This document shows, one piece after another, positions 1 through 9,385 of a stretch of 64,000 nt of DNA. The notes below the pieces were generated by a model. That model ran no database searches. It had not been told where the DNA came from and saw only the letters and a list, made by a program, of their open reading frames with translations. The stretch is from an uncultured Actinomycetes bacterium (GTDB taxonomy: Bacteria > Actinomycetota > Thermoleophilia > Gaiellales > Gaiellaceae): the NCBI GenBank assembly GCA_963738205.1, contig CAVTVQ010000008.1, positions 24,784 through 88,783 on the forward strand, given 5' to 3'. Each line of letters starts with the position of its first letter. Within the stretch, counting starts at the first letter, position 1. The position numbers and the translations under genes were made by a program.

Positions 1-390
1 TTCGTCGCCGGCAGGCAGCTCGACCGCCCCGCCGGGCCCGTCGAGCTCCAGACCGCACTGGTGGCGGCCGGCGGTCACCGAGCGGCAACGGTCGAGGTGC
101 GGAAGGCCGGCATCGGTCGCGTGATCCGCTTCGACAGCGATGCGCTTCCGGTCCTGCCGAAGGGCGAGTACTACGAGCTGTGGTTCGTCGCTCCGGGCGA
201 CACCCCAACGAGGCCGAACCGGATCTCCGCGGGAACCTTCCACCCGGACGCCGAAGGGCGTTCGCACGTCCGCTTGGTCGCGGCGGTCGACCCGGCCAAG
301 TACCCGGTCGTCAGCGTGACAGCGGAGCCGGGTGACGGAGACCCGAAGCCGACCGGTCCCGAGGTCCTGCGCTCGCTTCCCGGGAGCTAG
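1..390 (+). CDS. anti-sigma-K factor RskA-like protein, C-terminal domain (5' end lies outside the window)
   Basis: Frame 1 is open from nt 1 to the TAG at 388-390. The tail EYYELWFVAPGD..ISAGTF..VSVTAEPGDGDPKPTGPEVL fits the RskA C-terminal pattern (YxLW, SAG, TxEPxGG, PTG). Confidence 0.6.
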   Translation, partial: FVAGRQLDRPAGPVELQTALVAAGGHRAATVEVRKAGIGRVIRFDSDALPVLPKGEYYELWFVAPGDTPTRPNRISAGTFHPDAEGRSHVRLVAAVDPAKYPVVSVTAEPGDGDPKPTGPEVLRSLPGS

Positions 391-677
391 CCCGATCCGC
401 GTACGAGCTCGACGAGCGCGACCAGCCCGGCCGAGGCGCTGACCACACACCCGACCACCGTGAGGACATCCCAGTCCGCGCTGAACGCCGCTGTCACGTA
501 GACGATCGCGAGCAGGACGAGGAGGAGGCGGCCGGTCGTCCGCATGCGGCGATTGCTCGCCGCCGCCAGGCCGGCTGCGAGGAGCACCACGATGAGAACG
601 CTGGGCGGCGGCGCCGCCTCGGCATCGGCGGCGATCGCCACGATCGACCACGCGAGCAGCGCCAGCGCTGCCCACAC
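387..677 (-). CDS. small hydrophobic membrane protein (hypothetical)
   Basis: This is the C-terminal part of the 387..2099 ORF. From the GTG it reads VWAALALLAWSIVAIAAD...LLLVLLAIVYVTAAF...VVGCVVSASAGLVALVELV. It has 3-4 hydrophobic spans and high GC3. It lies just downstream of the aminotransferase. The start is uncertain; ATG 545 is an alternative. Confidence 0.4.
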   Translation of the reverse strand: MWAALALLAWSIVAIAADAEAAPPPSVLIVVLLAAGLAAASNRRMRTTGRLLLVLLAIVYVTAAFSADWDVLTVVGCVVSASAGLVALVELVRGSG

Positions 678-694
678 GGCCGGGGTGGGCGGCC

Positions 695-2134
695 TCAAGC
701 GCCAGGACGGGTGGGGGCCTCCGCAGGTCGGGCAGGGCGGCCCTTCGTCGGCTCGAGCTTGCTCCAGGCCTCGGCGAGCACGTCGCCGAGGATCCCCGCG
801 ATCTCGTCGAACTCGGCCGGGCCGGCGATCAAGGGCGGCGAGATCTGGACCACGGGGTCGCCGCGATCGTCCGCGCGGCAGATCAACCCGCGCTCGAACA
901 GACGGGGCGAGAGGAACCGGCGGAGCAAGGTCTCCGATTCCTCCTCGCTGAACGTCTCGCGGGTCTCCTTGTTCTTGACGAGCTCGACGGCGTAGAAGAA
1001 GCCCGCGCCCCTCAGGTCGCCCACGATCGGTAGGTCGAGCAGCTGGGCGAGGGTGGCGCGGAAGCCGTGCTCGTGTTCGCGCACGTGCTCGACGATCCCC
1101 TCCCGTTTCATGATCTCGAGGTTCTTGAGCGCGATCGCCGCCTGAACCGGGTGGCCGCCGAACGTGATTCCGTGCGAAAAGCTCGCCGACTCCTGCAGGA
1201 ACGGCTCCATCACCGCGTCGCGCGCGACGACGGCTCCGATCGATGCGTACGCCGAGGACAGGCCCTTCGCGCAGGTCACGAGGTCGGGCTGGATGTCGTA
1301 GCGCTCGGAGCCGAACCAGTGGCCCACGCGGCCGAAGCCGGTGATCACCTCGTCCGCGCAGAGCAGGATCCCGTAGTCGTCGCACAGCGCCCGGACGCCC
1401 GGGAAGTAGCCCGCCGGCGGCGTGAATGCGCCGCCCGCGTTCTGGACCGGCTCCATGATCACCATGGCCACCGTGTCGGCGCCCGCTGCGTCGATGGTGT
1501 GCTCGAGGTCGTCGAGCAGGAACGCGGTGAACTCGGCCTCGGTCTCCCCGGGCGGGCGGTGGTAGCGGTTCGTGTTCCTGACGTGGAGCACGTCCGGGAC
1601 GAGCGGCTCGTACGGCGCTCGGAGCGACGGGATGCCGTTGATCGACAGCGCGCCCATGGTCGTGCCGTGGTAGGCGACGTTGCGGGAGATCACCTTCCAG
1701 CGCCGCTCGCCGCGGGCGGCGTGGTACTGGCGCGCGAGCTTCCAGGCCGATTCGACCGCCTCCGAGCCGCCGGAGACGAAGAAGACGCGGTTCAGGTCGC
1801 CGGGGGCCAGCGAGGCGACCTCGGCCGCGAGCTCGATCGCGCGCGGGTGCGCGTAGGACCAATTGGTGTAGAAGGGCAGCTCGCGCAGCTGGGCGGCCGC
1901 CGCCTCGCCGACCTCGTCCCCGAACGAGTACCCGATCTGCACCGCGAACAGGCCGGCGAGCGCATCGAGGTAGCGACGGCCCTGGGCGTCTTCGAGGTAG
2001 CAGCCGTCCCCGCGCACGATGATCGGAGGCCCGCCCTCCGTGTACTCGCCCATCCGCGTGAAGTGGAGCCAGAGGTGGTCGCGCGCCATGCGCTGCCACT
2101 CGTGGATGGACGGGGCGGTCTCCGGCGTGGTCAT
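695..2134 (-). CDS. class-III (omega) aminotransferase, putrescine/beta-alanine-pyruvate (SpuC-like) type
   Basis: 479 aa starting MTTPETAPSIHEWQ. Motifs include FVSGGSEAVESAWK, DEVITGFGRVGHWFG and the PLP-lysine context TCAKGLSS. The ATG at 2134 overlaps the upstream permease stop (ATGA). Confidence 0.9.
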   Translation of the reverse strand: MTTPETAPSIHEWQRMARDHLWLHFTRMGEYTEGGPPIIVRGDGCYLEDAQGRRYLDALAGLFAVQIGYSFGDEVGEAAAAQLRELPFYTNWSYAHPRAIELAAEVASLAPGDLNRVFFVSGGSEAVESAWKLARQYHAARGERRWKVISRNVAYHGTTMGALSINGIPSLRAPYEPLVPDVLHVRNTNRYHRPPGETEAEFTAFLLDDLEHTIDAAGADTVAMVIMEPVQNAGGAFTPPAGYFPGVRALCDDYGILLCADEVITGFGRVGHWFGSERYDIQPDLVTCAKGLSSAYASIGAVVARDAVMEPFLQESASFSHGITFGGHPVQAAIALKNLEIMKREGIVEHVREHEHGFRATLAQLLDLPIVGDLRGAGFFYAVELVKNKETRETFSEEESETLLRRFLSPRLFERGLICRADDRGDPVVQISPPLIAGPAEFDEIAGILGDVLAEAWSKLEPTKGRPARPAEAPTRPGA

Positions 2135-2973
2135 GCAGCTCCCTTCGAGCGGCGGTTCTGGATGAGGATGTTCGCGAGCATGGCGCCGAGGGCGACGACG
2201 AAGATCGCCGTGGCGATCACGTTCACCTGCGGCGGGGCGCCGACGCGGGCAGCGCCCCACACGAACAGCGGGAAGGTCACCTCCGCGCCGGAGTTGAAGT
2301 AGGTGATGACGAAGTCGTCCACCGACAGGGCGAACGAGAGCAGTGCGCCCGCGAGGATCGCCGGGGCGATGAGGGGCAGCGTCACCTTGCGGAAGGTCGT
2401 CCACTCGTTCGCGCCCAGGTCGAGCGCGGCCTCCTCGAGATGGCGGTCGAACCCGATGAGCCGCGCCTTCACGGTCACGACCACGTAGCTGACGCAGAAC
2501 ATGATGTGGGCGATCGCGATCGTCCCGAAGCCGGTTGCGACGTTCATCGTCAGGAACAGCGCGAGCAGTGAGGCACCCAGGACGATCTCGGGTGTCGCCA
2601 TCGGCAGGAAGACGAGCAGGTTCGTCGAGCCGCGGCCGCGGAAGCCGTAACGAACCAGCGCGAGAGCGATCAGCGTCCCCAGCGTCGTCGCGAACAGGGC
2701 CGCGATCGCCGCGATCTGCAGCGACAGGCTCATCGCGTCGACGAGCCCGGGCACCGCGTTCCAGTTCGCCCAGTTGTCGAGCGTGAAGCCCTGCCACGTG
2801 TAGTTGAAGCGGCCCGCAGGGTCGTTGAACGAGAACGCGATCACGATCGCGATCGGCAGCAGCAGGTACGTGAAGGCGAGCAGCGCGTAGACGGTGAGCA
2901 CGTGCCTGCGCACGAAGGCGAGCACGCTCCGCCGTGGTCGGACCCGGACAGACTCGGCCGCGACCGTGGTCAT
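2131..2973 (-). CDS. ABC transporter permease, spermidine/putrescine PotC-like
   Basis: 280 aa with six hydrophobic spans and an EAA-type loop (EEAALDLGANEWTTFRKVTLPLIAPAI). It overlaps both neighbouring genes by 4 nt. Confidence 0.9.
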   Translation of the reverse strand: MTTVAAESVRVRPRRSVLAFVRRHVLTVYALLAFTYLLLPIAIVIAFSFNDPAGRFNYTWQGFTLDNWANWNAVPGLVDAMSLSLQIAAIAALFATTLGTLIALALVRYGFRGRGSTNLLVFLPMATPEIVLGASLLALFLTMNVATGFGTIAIAHIMFCVSYVVVTVKARLIGFDRHLEEAALDLGANEWTTFRKVTLPLIAPAILAGALLSFALSVDDFVITYFNSGAEVTFPLFVWGAARVGAPPQVNVIATAIFVVALGAMLANILIQNRRSKGAA

Positions 2974-3827
2974 CCCGTCAGCTTCTCCGTCCCGAGCGCG
3001 CGGGAATAGATGACGATGCCGACGAGGATGGCCGCCATGAGCACGAACGACAGAGCCGCAGCCGCTGGGTAGTCGATCAGCTCCAGGTACTTCGACTGGA
3101 TCACGTTGCCGATCATGTGCTGCTTCGGCGTTCCGAGCAGCTGCGCGTTGATGAAGTCACCGGCAGCCGGGATGAAGGTCAGCAGCGTGCCGGCGAAGAT
3201 CCCGGGCAGTGAGAGCGGCAATGTCACGCGCAGGAATGCCTTCGCCTTGCTGGCGTACAGGTCCTGCGCCGCCTCGATCAGCCGCCCGTCGATCTGCTCC
3301 AGCGAGACGTACAGGGGCAGGGCCATGAAGGGCAGGAAGTTGTAGGTGATGCCCGCGACGACGGCGGTCGAGGTGGCGAGCAGGCGTCCGTCGGGGCCCA
3401 GGAGGTGCAGGTCCTTGAGTGTGTTCACGACGAAGCCGTTGTCGGCCAGGATGCTCTGCCACGCGAGCGTCCGGATCAGGTACGTGACGAAGAATGGCGC
3501 GATGATCACGAGCAGCAGCAGGTTCTTCCAGCGCCCGCCGCGGAACGCGATCCAGTAGACCAGCGGGTAGCTGATCACGAACGCGAGCACGGTCGCGATC
3601 CCTGCGTAGACGAACGAGCGGATCAGGTGCTGGTCGTAGGTCTTGATCGCATCCCAGTAGTTCGAGAACTCCCACGAGAACGTGAACCCGAAGTCGAACG
3701 ACCCGCTCTGCAGCGACTGGTAGCCGAGGAAGCCGAGCGGGGCGAGGAAGAAGACCGCGAGAAACGCCAGCCCCGGCGCCAGCAGCAGGTAGGGCGTGAG
3801 CCAGCGGTGACGGTGCAGGAAGCTCAC
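2970..3827 (-). CDS. ABC transporter permease, spermidine/putrescine PotB-like
   Basis: 285 aa with the EAA loop IEAAQDLYASKAKAFLRVTLPLSLPGI. It sits in the same operon between the binding protein and the second permease. Confidence 0.9.
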   Translation of the reverse strand: MSFLHRHRWLTPYLLLAPGLAFLAVFFLAPLGFLGYQSLQSGSFDFGFTFSWEFSNYWDAIKTYDQHLIRSFVYAGIATVLAFVISYPLVYWIAFRGGRWKNLLLLVIIAPFFVTYLIRTLAWQSILADNGFVVNTLKDLHLLGPDGRLLATSTAVVAGITYNFLPFMALPLYVSLEQIDGRLIEAAQDLYASKAKAFLRVTLPLSLPGIFAGTLLTFIPAAGDFINAQLLGTPKQHMIGNVIQSKYLELIDYPAAAALSFVLMAAILVGIVIYSRALGTEKLTG

Positions 3828-3831
3828 GCGA

Positions 3832-5001
3832 TCAGGAGCCGATCAGCGTCTGCCACTTCTCGACGTAGTCCTGATTGTTGAGCGCCTCGGCGTCGAAGAT
3901 CTTCACCTTCGACAGCGTGTCGGCATCCGGGAAGATCAGCGGGTTGCTTGCGAGCTTCGGGTCGATCTTGGCGAGCTCTTCCTTGGCCCCCTTGACGGGC
4001 GACACGTAGTTGACGTACGCGGCGATCTTGGCGGCGACCTTCGGGTCGTAGACGAAGTTCATGTAGGTCGACGCCGTGTAGACGTCCCCGCCGGTCGGGA
4101 TCAGCATGTTGTCCGTCCAGATCATTCCGCCGGACTCGGCGAGGTTCCATTCGAGGTTCTTGTTGTCGGCTGTGAGCTGGACGACGTCGCCCGACCACGA
4201 CATGCAGGCGGCGAGATCGCCCTTCGAGAGCGGGCCGGTGTAGTCGTTGCCGGTGAACTGGCGGATCTGGTCGTTCTTGACCGCCTTCTCGATCCGCTTG
4301 TACGCGCGGTCGAACGAGGCGTCGTCGACCTTGGTCGGGTCGTCGCCGTTCGCCTCCATCACCAGCCCCATCGAGTCGGCCATCTCGGTGAGGAAGGTGA
4401 CCTTCCCCTTGAGGCTCTTGTCGTCGAGCAGCTGGTCGATCGAGGTGACCGGCTTCTTCGTCAGCTGCAGGTTCGACGCGATGCCGGTCATGCCCGACTG
4501 CCAGGGCAGGCTGTACTCGCGGCTCGGGTCGAAGCTCGGGCTCTTGAGCGAGTCCTGCAGGTTGGTGATGTTGGGGATCGCGCTCTTGTCGAGCTTCTCG
4601 GCCCAGCCCCGCTTGATCAGCACGCTCGGGAAGCGCGAGTTGTCGGTGAGCACGATGATGTCTCGGTCGACCGACTGGCCCTGCGAGAGCGGCCGCTGGA
4701 TCTTCCCGAAGTACGTGGCGTTGTCGTTGATGTCCTCGACGTACTTGACGCCGACGCCCGTCTTCTTCTTGAACTGCTCGAGCGTGGGACTCTTCTTGGT
4801 CTTGTCGTCGCGGTCGATGTAGAGCGTCCAGTTCGAGAACCGGAGCGTGCTCGCGAGCTCCTTCGCGGCGGTCGTGGTGCCCTCGGCTTCGCTGGCGCCG
4901 CTCCCGCCGCCGCACGCAGCCAGGAGTCCGGGCAGGGTGAGCGCGGTGCCACCGAGCGCCGCGCGGCGCAGCAGCTCGAGACGCGTGAGCTGGTCGGTCA
5001 T
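3832..5001 (-). CDS. polyamine (PotD/PotF-family) ABC substrate-binding lipoprotein
   Basis: 389 aa. The N-terminus [35 protein letters not shown] carries an RR-type signal and a lipobox Cys. The body resembles PotD/PotF (FSNWTLYID..., WSGD). Confidence 0.9.
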   Translation of the reverse strand: MTDQLTRLELLRRAALGGTALTLPGLLAACGGGSGASEAEGTTTAAKELASTLRFSNWTLYIDRDDKTKKSPTLEQFKKKTGVGVKYVEDINDNATYFGKIQRPLSQGQSVDRDIIVLTDNSRFPSVLIKRGWAEKLDKSAIPNITNLQDSLKSPSFDPSREYSLPWQSGMTGIASNLQLTKKPVTSIDQLLDDKSLKGKVTFLTEMADSMGLVMEANGDDPTKVDDASFDRAYKRIEKAVKNDQIRQFTGNDYTGPLSKGDLAACMSWSGDVVQLTADNKNLEWNLAESGGMIWTDNMLIPTGGDVYTASTYMNFVYDPKVAAKIAAYVNYVSPVKGAKEELAKIDPKLASNPLIFPDADTLSKVKIFDAEALNNQDYVEKWQTLIGS

Positions 5002-6119
5002 GCAGAGTCCTCCTCGGTGTAGTCGACGACGAAGGCGGCTTCAGGGGCAAAGGTGAGCTCCACCGGCAGGCCGGTCGCGACGGCGTTCGCGCCCGGCTCG
5101 GCGTTCTGGACGTAGACCATCAGCCGACCGGAGGGCGTGTCGACGACGTACTGCGTCGCGACGCCGACGTACGCGCTCTCGACGACGGTCCCGGCCACGC
5201 GGTTCGCGCCTTCCCGAGCGCCGAAACCGAGCTTCTCGGGCCTGATGCCGACCGCGACGCGGGACGCGCCAGGTGGCATGGCCTCCCCCGGCACCTGCAC
5301 CTCGCCGCCGCCGTCGAGCCGGATGATGCCGCCGCCGGCGACCGTGCCCGGCAGCAGGTTCGAGGCGCCCAGGAAGCGGGCGACGAACGCGGTGCGCGGC
5401 TTCTCGTACAGCTCGGTCGGCGAGCCCAGCTGCTCGATGCGCCCTTTGTTCATCACCGCGATCTGGTCGGCCATCGTCATCGCCTCTTCCTGGTCGTGCG
5501 TGACGTGGACGAAGGTGATCCCCATCTCGTGCTGGAGCCCCTTTAGCTCGAGCTGCATCTGCTTGCGCAGCTTGAGGTCGAGGGCGCCGAGCGGCTCGTC
5601 GAGCAGGAGCACCTGAGGCTTGTTCACGAGCGCGCGCGCGAGGGCGACGCGCTGCTGCTGGCCGCCGGACAGCTGGCGCGGCTTGCGCTTCTCGACGCCC
5701 TCGAGGTCGACGAGGCTGAGGATCTCGCGCACGCGGCCGTCGAGCTGCGGCCCCTTCAGGCCCTTGCGCCGCAGTCCGAACGCGACGTTCTCGGCGATGT
5801 TCAGGTGCGGGAAGAGCGCGTAGCTCTGGAACACCGTGTTGACGTCCCGCTTGTAGGGCGGCAGGCCGGTTACGCCCTGGTCGCCGAGGTAGATCGCACC
5901 TGCGTCCGGCTCCTCGAAGCCGCCGATCATCCGCAGCGTGGTCGTCTTGCCGCACCCGGATGGGCCGAGCAGCGCGAAGAACGAGCCGTGCGGAATCTCG
6001 ACGCTGACGTCGTCCACGGCGACGACGTCGTCGAAGCGCTTCGTGATGCGGTCCAGCCTGACGTCCGCCGGAACCGCGGCCGCTGCGGCTTCGTCCTGCT
6101 GGCGTTCCTTGAGGCTCAA
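4998..6119 (-). CDS. polyamine ABC transporter ATP-binding protein (PotA-like)
   Basis: Walker [10 protein letters not shown], signature [15 protein letters not shown] and Walker [12 protein letters not shown] are present, plus a C-terminal TOBE-like domain. The only plausible start is the TTG at 6119, which overlaps the ALDH stop (TTGA). The longer 791-aa ORF is read-through into an out-of-frame ALDH shadow. Confidence 0.85.
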   Translation of the reverse strand: MSLKERQQDEAAAAAVPADVRLDRITKRFDDVVAVDDVSVEIPHGSFFALLGPSGCGKTTTLRMIGGFEEPDAGAIYLGDQGVTGLPPYKRDVNTVFQSYALFPHLNIAENVAFGLRRKGLKGPQLDGRVREILSLVDLEGVEKRKPRQLSGGQQQRVALARALVNKPQVLLLDEPLGALDLKLRKQMQLELKGLQHEMGITFVHVTHDQEEAMTMADQIAVMNKGRIEQLGSPTELYEKPRTAFVARFLGASNLLPGTVAGGGIIRLDGGGEVQVPGEAMPPGASRVAVGIRPEKLGFGAREGANRVAGTVVESAYVGVATQYVVDTPSGRLMVYVQNAEPGANAVATGLPVELTFAPEAAFVVDYTEEDSA

Positions 6120-7552
6120 TCCAGCTTGGCCATGACGTGCTTGATCTGGGTGTAGTCCTCGAGCGAGTACATCGAGAGGTCCTTCCCGTAGCCGGACTGC
6201 TTGTAGCCGCCGTGCGGCATCTCCGAAACCAGCGGGATGTGGTCGTTGATCCAGACGGTGCCGAACTCGAGCTTCCGAGCAGCGTTGAGCGCCCTCGAGA
6301 TGTCGCGCGTGAAGACCGAGGCGGCGAGCCCGTACGGAACGTCGTTGGCCCACTCGAGCGCCTGGTCGTCGTCGGCGAAACGCTGCACGGTGACGACCGG
6401 GCCGAACACCTCGCGCTGCACGATCTCGTCGGTCTGCTCGACGCCGGTGACGACGGCCGGCTTGACGAAGAAGCCGCGGTCGCCGTTCGTCCCGCCGCCC
6501 GTGAGCACATTGGCTCCCTTGGCGCGGTCGAGGAAGCCGAGCACGCGGTCCTGTTGCGCCTTCGAGATCACCGGGCCCATCTCGATCTCGTCGCCCTCGG
6601 CGGGATCGCCGACGTGGAGCGACTCGACTGCCGGCACCAGCTCCTCGAGCAGGCGGTCGTAGATCTTCGGGCCGGCGACCACGCGCGAGGCGGCGGTGCA
6701 GTCCTGGCCGGAGTTCCAGTAGCCGCCGATCTTGATCGCCTCGGCCACCTGGGCCGGGTCGGCGTCGTCGAACACGATCACGGGCGCCTTGCCTCCGAGC
6801 TCGAGGTGGACGCGCTTGAGGGTCTCGGCCGCGGTACGCGCGATCTCCTTGCCGGTGGCGACGTCGCCGGTGAGCGAGACGAGCCGCACGTCCGGGTGGC
6901 GCACGATCCCCGCTCCGACAGGCTCTCCATCGCCCGTGATTACGTTCAGGACACCCGGGGGGATCACGTCGGCGGCCAGCTGGGCGAAGCGAAGCGTCGA
7001 GAGCGGCGTCTGCTCCGACGGCTTCAGCACCGAGACGTTGCCGGCGGCCAACGCGGGCGCGAACTTCCACACGGCCATCATCAGCGGGTAGTTCCACGGC
7101 GCGATCTGGCCGACGATCCCGATCGGCTCCCGCCTGATCATCGACGTGTAGCCCTTCATGTACTCGCCTGCCGCGCGGCCCTCGAGGATACGGGCCGCGC
7201 CGGCGAAGAAGCGGATGTTGTCCGAGCTCACAGGCATCTCGTCGCGCGCGTACGAAAGCGGCTTGCCGACGTTCTGCGACTCGATCTGCGCGAGCTCCTC
7301 GCCGTGCTCGTCCAGCAGGTCGGCCAGCTTGAGCAGCACCTCGGCCCGCTCGGCGGGCGTCGTCTCGCGCCACTGGGGCCAGGCGCGCTTGGCCGCCTCG
7401 ACCGCGCGGTCGACATCGGCCTGCGAGCCCTGCGGCACCTCGGCGATCGTCTCGCCCGTCGCCGGGTTGACGATCTCAGCCGTGTCTCCCTCGACGGCAT
7501 CGACCCACTCGCCGCCGACGAAGTTCTGGTAGCGCGCAACCGTGACGCTCAT
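6116..7552 (-). CDS. NAD-dependent aldehyde dehydrogenase (gamma-aminobutyraldehyde dehydrogenase-like)
   Basis: 478 aa starting MSVTVARYQNFVGGEWV. It has ALDH motifs (ELGGKAP, catalytic-Cys context GQDCTAASR, PYGLAASVFT). It is the first gene of the pot operon. Confidence 0.9.
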   Translation of the reverse strand: MSVTVARYQNFVGGEWVDAVEGDTAEIVNPATGETIAEVPQGSQADVDRAVEAAKRAWPQWRETTPAERAEVLLKLADLLDEHGEELAQIESQNVGKPLSYARDEMPVSSDNIRFFAGAARILEGRAAGEYMKGYTSMIRREPIGIVGQIAPWNYPLMMAVWKFAPALAAGNVSVLKPSEQTPLSTLRFAQLAADVIPPGVLNVITGDGEPVGAGIVRHPDVRLVSLTGDVATGKEIARTAAETLKRVHLELGGKAPVIVFDDADPAQVAEAIKIGGYWNSGQDCTAASRVVAGPKIYDRLLEELVPAVESLHVGDPAEGDEIEMGPVISKAQQDRVLGFLDRAKGANVLTGGGTNGDRGFFVKPAVVTGVEQTDEIVQREVFGPVVTVQRFADDDQALEWANDVPYGLAASVFTRDISRALNAARKLEFGTVWINDHIPLVSEMPHGGYKQSGYGKDLSMYSLEDYTQIKHVMAKLD

Positions 7553-7643
7553 GGGGATACCTCCGGGTTGATCAGCGAGGCGAGCGTAACCCTGCCAAAT
7601 GGTCGGGACAAGGTGGAACGAACGGCCGAGGCGCAGCGCGATT

Positions 7644-7662
7644 TTTGGACATCATGGCCAAA
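7644..7662 (-). promoter_or_regulatory. candidate operator, TTTGGCC-ATGAT-GTCCAAA (site A of a 3-site motif)
   Basis: Near-palindromic 19-mer in the only AT-richer patch of the 110-nt spacer, 91 nt upstream of the ALDH ATG (7552). The core TTGGCC-N5-GTCCA recurs at 13003-13021 and 13079-13097. Confidence 0.4.
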
Positions 7663-8472
7663 TTATCGCCCGCCGCCCGGCACTCCCGTTGCGGCGCCGC
7701 GACCGAGCCGCTGAGCCAGGTAGACCGGGATGATCGAGGCGACGATCACGAACAGCGCCACCACGTTGACGATCGGCTGCTCGATCGGACGGAAGAGGTT
7801 GGCGAAGATCCAGATCGGCAGCGTCTGCTGCGCGCCCGACGTGAAGACCGTCACCACCACCTCGTCGAACGAGAGCGCGAAGGCCAGCAGCCCGCCGGCG
7901 AGCAGCGCTGTCCGCATCTGGGGGAAGGTCACGTAGCGGAACGTCTGCCAGGCGTCCGCGCCGAGATCGGAGGACGCCTCTTCGAGCGAGCCGGCCAGCC
8001 GGCGCAGGCGCGCAGCCGCGTTGTTGTAGACGACCACGATGCAGAAGGTGGCGTGGCCGATGATGATGGTCAGCAGGCCGAAGTCGAGGCCGATGGTCGT
8101 GTACGTCGTCTGCAGCGCCAGGCCGGTGACGATGCCGGGCAGGGCGATCGGCAGGATGACCAGGAGCGAGATCGTCTCGCGGCCGAAGAAGCGGTACCGG
8201 GACAGAGCGAGCGACACGAGCGTCCCGAGCACGAGCGCGACGGACGTGGCGCCGATGGCGGCGAGCAACGAGGTCAAGAGTGCTTCGCGCACGTCCTCGT
8301 TGTGGTACGCGACCGAGAACCACTTCGTCGAGAAGTTCTCGATCGGCCAGCTCTGCGTGACGCTCTGGTTGAAGGCGTAGAAGCCGATCAGGAGCAGCGG
8401 CAGGTACATGAACGCCAGCGTGACGCCGGCACCGAGCCGAAGGAGCAGGCGCGTGAGACGGGACTCGACCAC
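7663..8472 (-). CDS. ABC transporter permease (PotC-like), second polyamine-type importer
   Basis: 269 aa from the GTG at 8472, which overlaps the upstream stop by 1 nt. EAA loop: LEEASSDLGADAWQTFRYVTFPQMRTAL. Confidence 0.85.
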   Translation of the reverse strand: MVESRLTRLLLRLGAGVTLAFMYLPLLLIGFYAFNQSVTQSWPIENFSTKWFSVAYHNEDVREALLTSLLAAIGATSVALVLGTLVSLALSRYRFFGRETISLLVILPIALPGIVTGLALQTTYTTIGLDFGLLTIIIGHATFCIVVVYNNAAARLRRLAGSLEEASSDLGADAWQTFRYVTFPQMRTALLAGGLLAFALSFDEVVVTVFTSGAQQTLPIWIFANLFRPIEQPIVNVVALFVIVASIIPVYLAQRLGRGAATGVPGGGR

Positions 8473-9368
8473 TACAGCGCCTCGAAGGCCTTCAGCCGCC
8501 TCGCGACCAGGATGTAGACGACCATCACCGCGATCGGCACGAGCGTGAACGCGGCCGCCACCGGTAGGTTCGTGCCGCGCTGGTCGTAGATGACCGTGCC
8601 GATGAACTGCTGGCTCGTGATCAGGTCGGGCGCGATGTAGTCGCCCAGCGTCAGGGAGAACGTGAAGATCGAGCCGGCGACCACCGCAGGGAACGCGAGC
8701 GGCAGCGTGACGCGGAGGAACGTCCGCAGGGAGCGTCCGCCGAGGTCGGCGGACGCCTCGAGGAGCGAGGAGGGGATCCGCTCCAGACCCGCATAGATGG
8801 GCAGGATCATGAACGGGAGCCACAGGTACGTGAAGACGAGCCAGAGCCCCACGGATGAGTAGCCGTCGAAGGTGAGGCCGAACGGGTCGAGCGCCCAGTT
8901 GACGACGCCCGAGCCGGAGAGGATCGTCCGCCACGCATAGGCCTTGACCAGGTAGCTGGCCCACAGCGGCATCAGCACCGCGACGACGAGCAGGTTCCGC
9001 GTGCGCGGCGATGCGACGCGCGCCATGTAGTACGCGATCGGAAAGGCGAGGACCGCGTCGGCGACCGTGACGAGCGCGGCCATCCGGATCGTGCGCCACG
9101 CGACCTCGCGATAGACCTCTTCCTCGAAGATCCGGCGGAAGTTGTCGAGCGTGTAGTCGTGGACGATCTCGGACGTGAACGGGTTCGTGTCCCAGAGCGA
9201 GGCGAGGAGCAGCACGAACAGCGACCCGCCGTAGCCGATGAGCAGCCACCCGATCGGCACGGCAAGCAGCAGGAAGAGCCCCGCGCGCGGATGTCGGTAG
9301 AAGAACGTCGAGAGCCGCCGCCCCAGGGTTTCCCGGGGCGGCGGCTCCACGTACGGGGTCGAGGTCAC
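8472..9368 (-). CDS. ABC transporter permease (PotB-like), second importer
   Basis: 298 aa with the EAA loop LLEASADLGGRSLRTFLRVTLPLAFPAV and six predicted TM spans. Confidence 0.9.
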   Translation of the reverse strand: MTSTPYVEPPPRETLGRRLSTFFYRHPRAGLFLLLAVPIGWLLIGYGGSLFVLLLASLWDTNPFTSEIVHDYTLDNFRRIFEEEVYREVAWRTIRMAALVTVADAVLAFPIAYYMARVASPRTRNLLVVAVLMPLWASYLVKAYAWRTILSGSGVVNWALDPFGLTFDGYSSVGLWLVFTYLWLPFMILPIYAGLERIPSSLLEASADLGGRSLRTFLRVTLPLAFPAVVAGSIFTFSLTLGDYIAPDLITSQQFIGTVIYDQRGTNLPVAAAFTLVPIAVMVVYILVARRLKAFEAL

Positions 9369-9385
9369 GAGCCCGGCGGATTCGG

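Noticed and set aside
387-2302. Long ORFs 387..2099 (-, 570 aa) and 1067..2302 (+, 411 aa) overlapping the aminotransferase gene
   Set aside because: Their translations are Arg/Pro/Gly-rich and low-complexity, typical of wrong-frame or antisense reading of GC-rich coding DNA. The 695..2134 frame has clear class-III aminotransferase motifs. Only the last ~96 codons of 387..2099 were kept, as a possible small membrane protein.
6119-7714. A 791-aa read-through ORF (4998..7373) and the antisense ORF 6137..7714 (525 aa)
   Set aside because: The part upstream of 6119 is an out-of-frame shadow of the aldehyde dehydrogenase gene (RRA/GRP-rich). The ABC ATPase begins at the TTG overlapping the ALDH stop.
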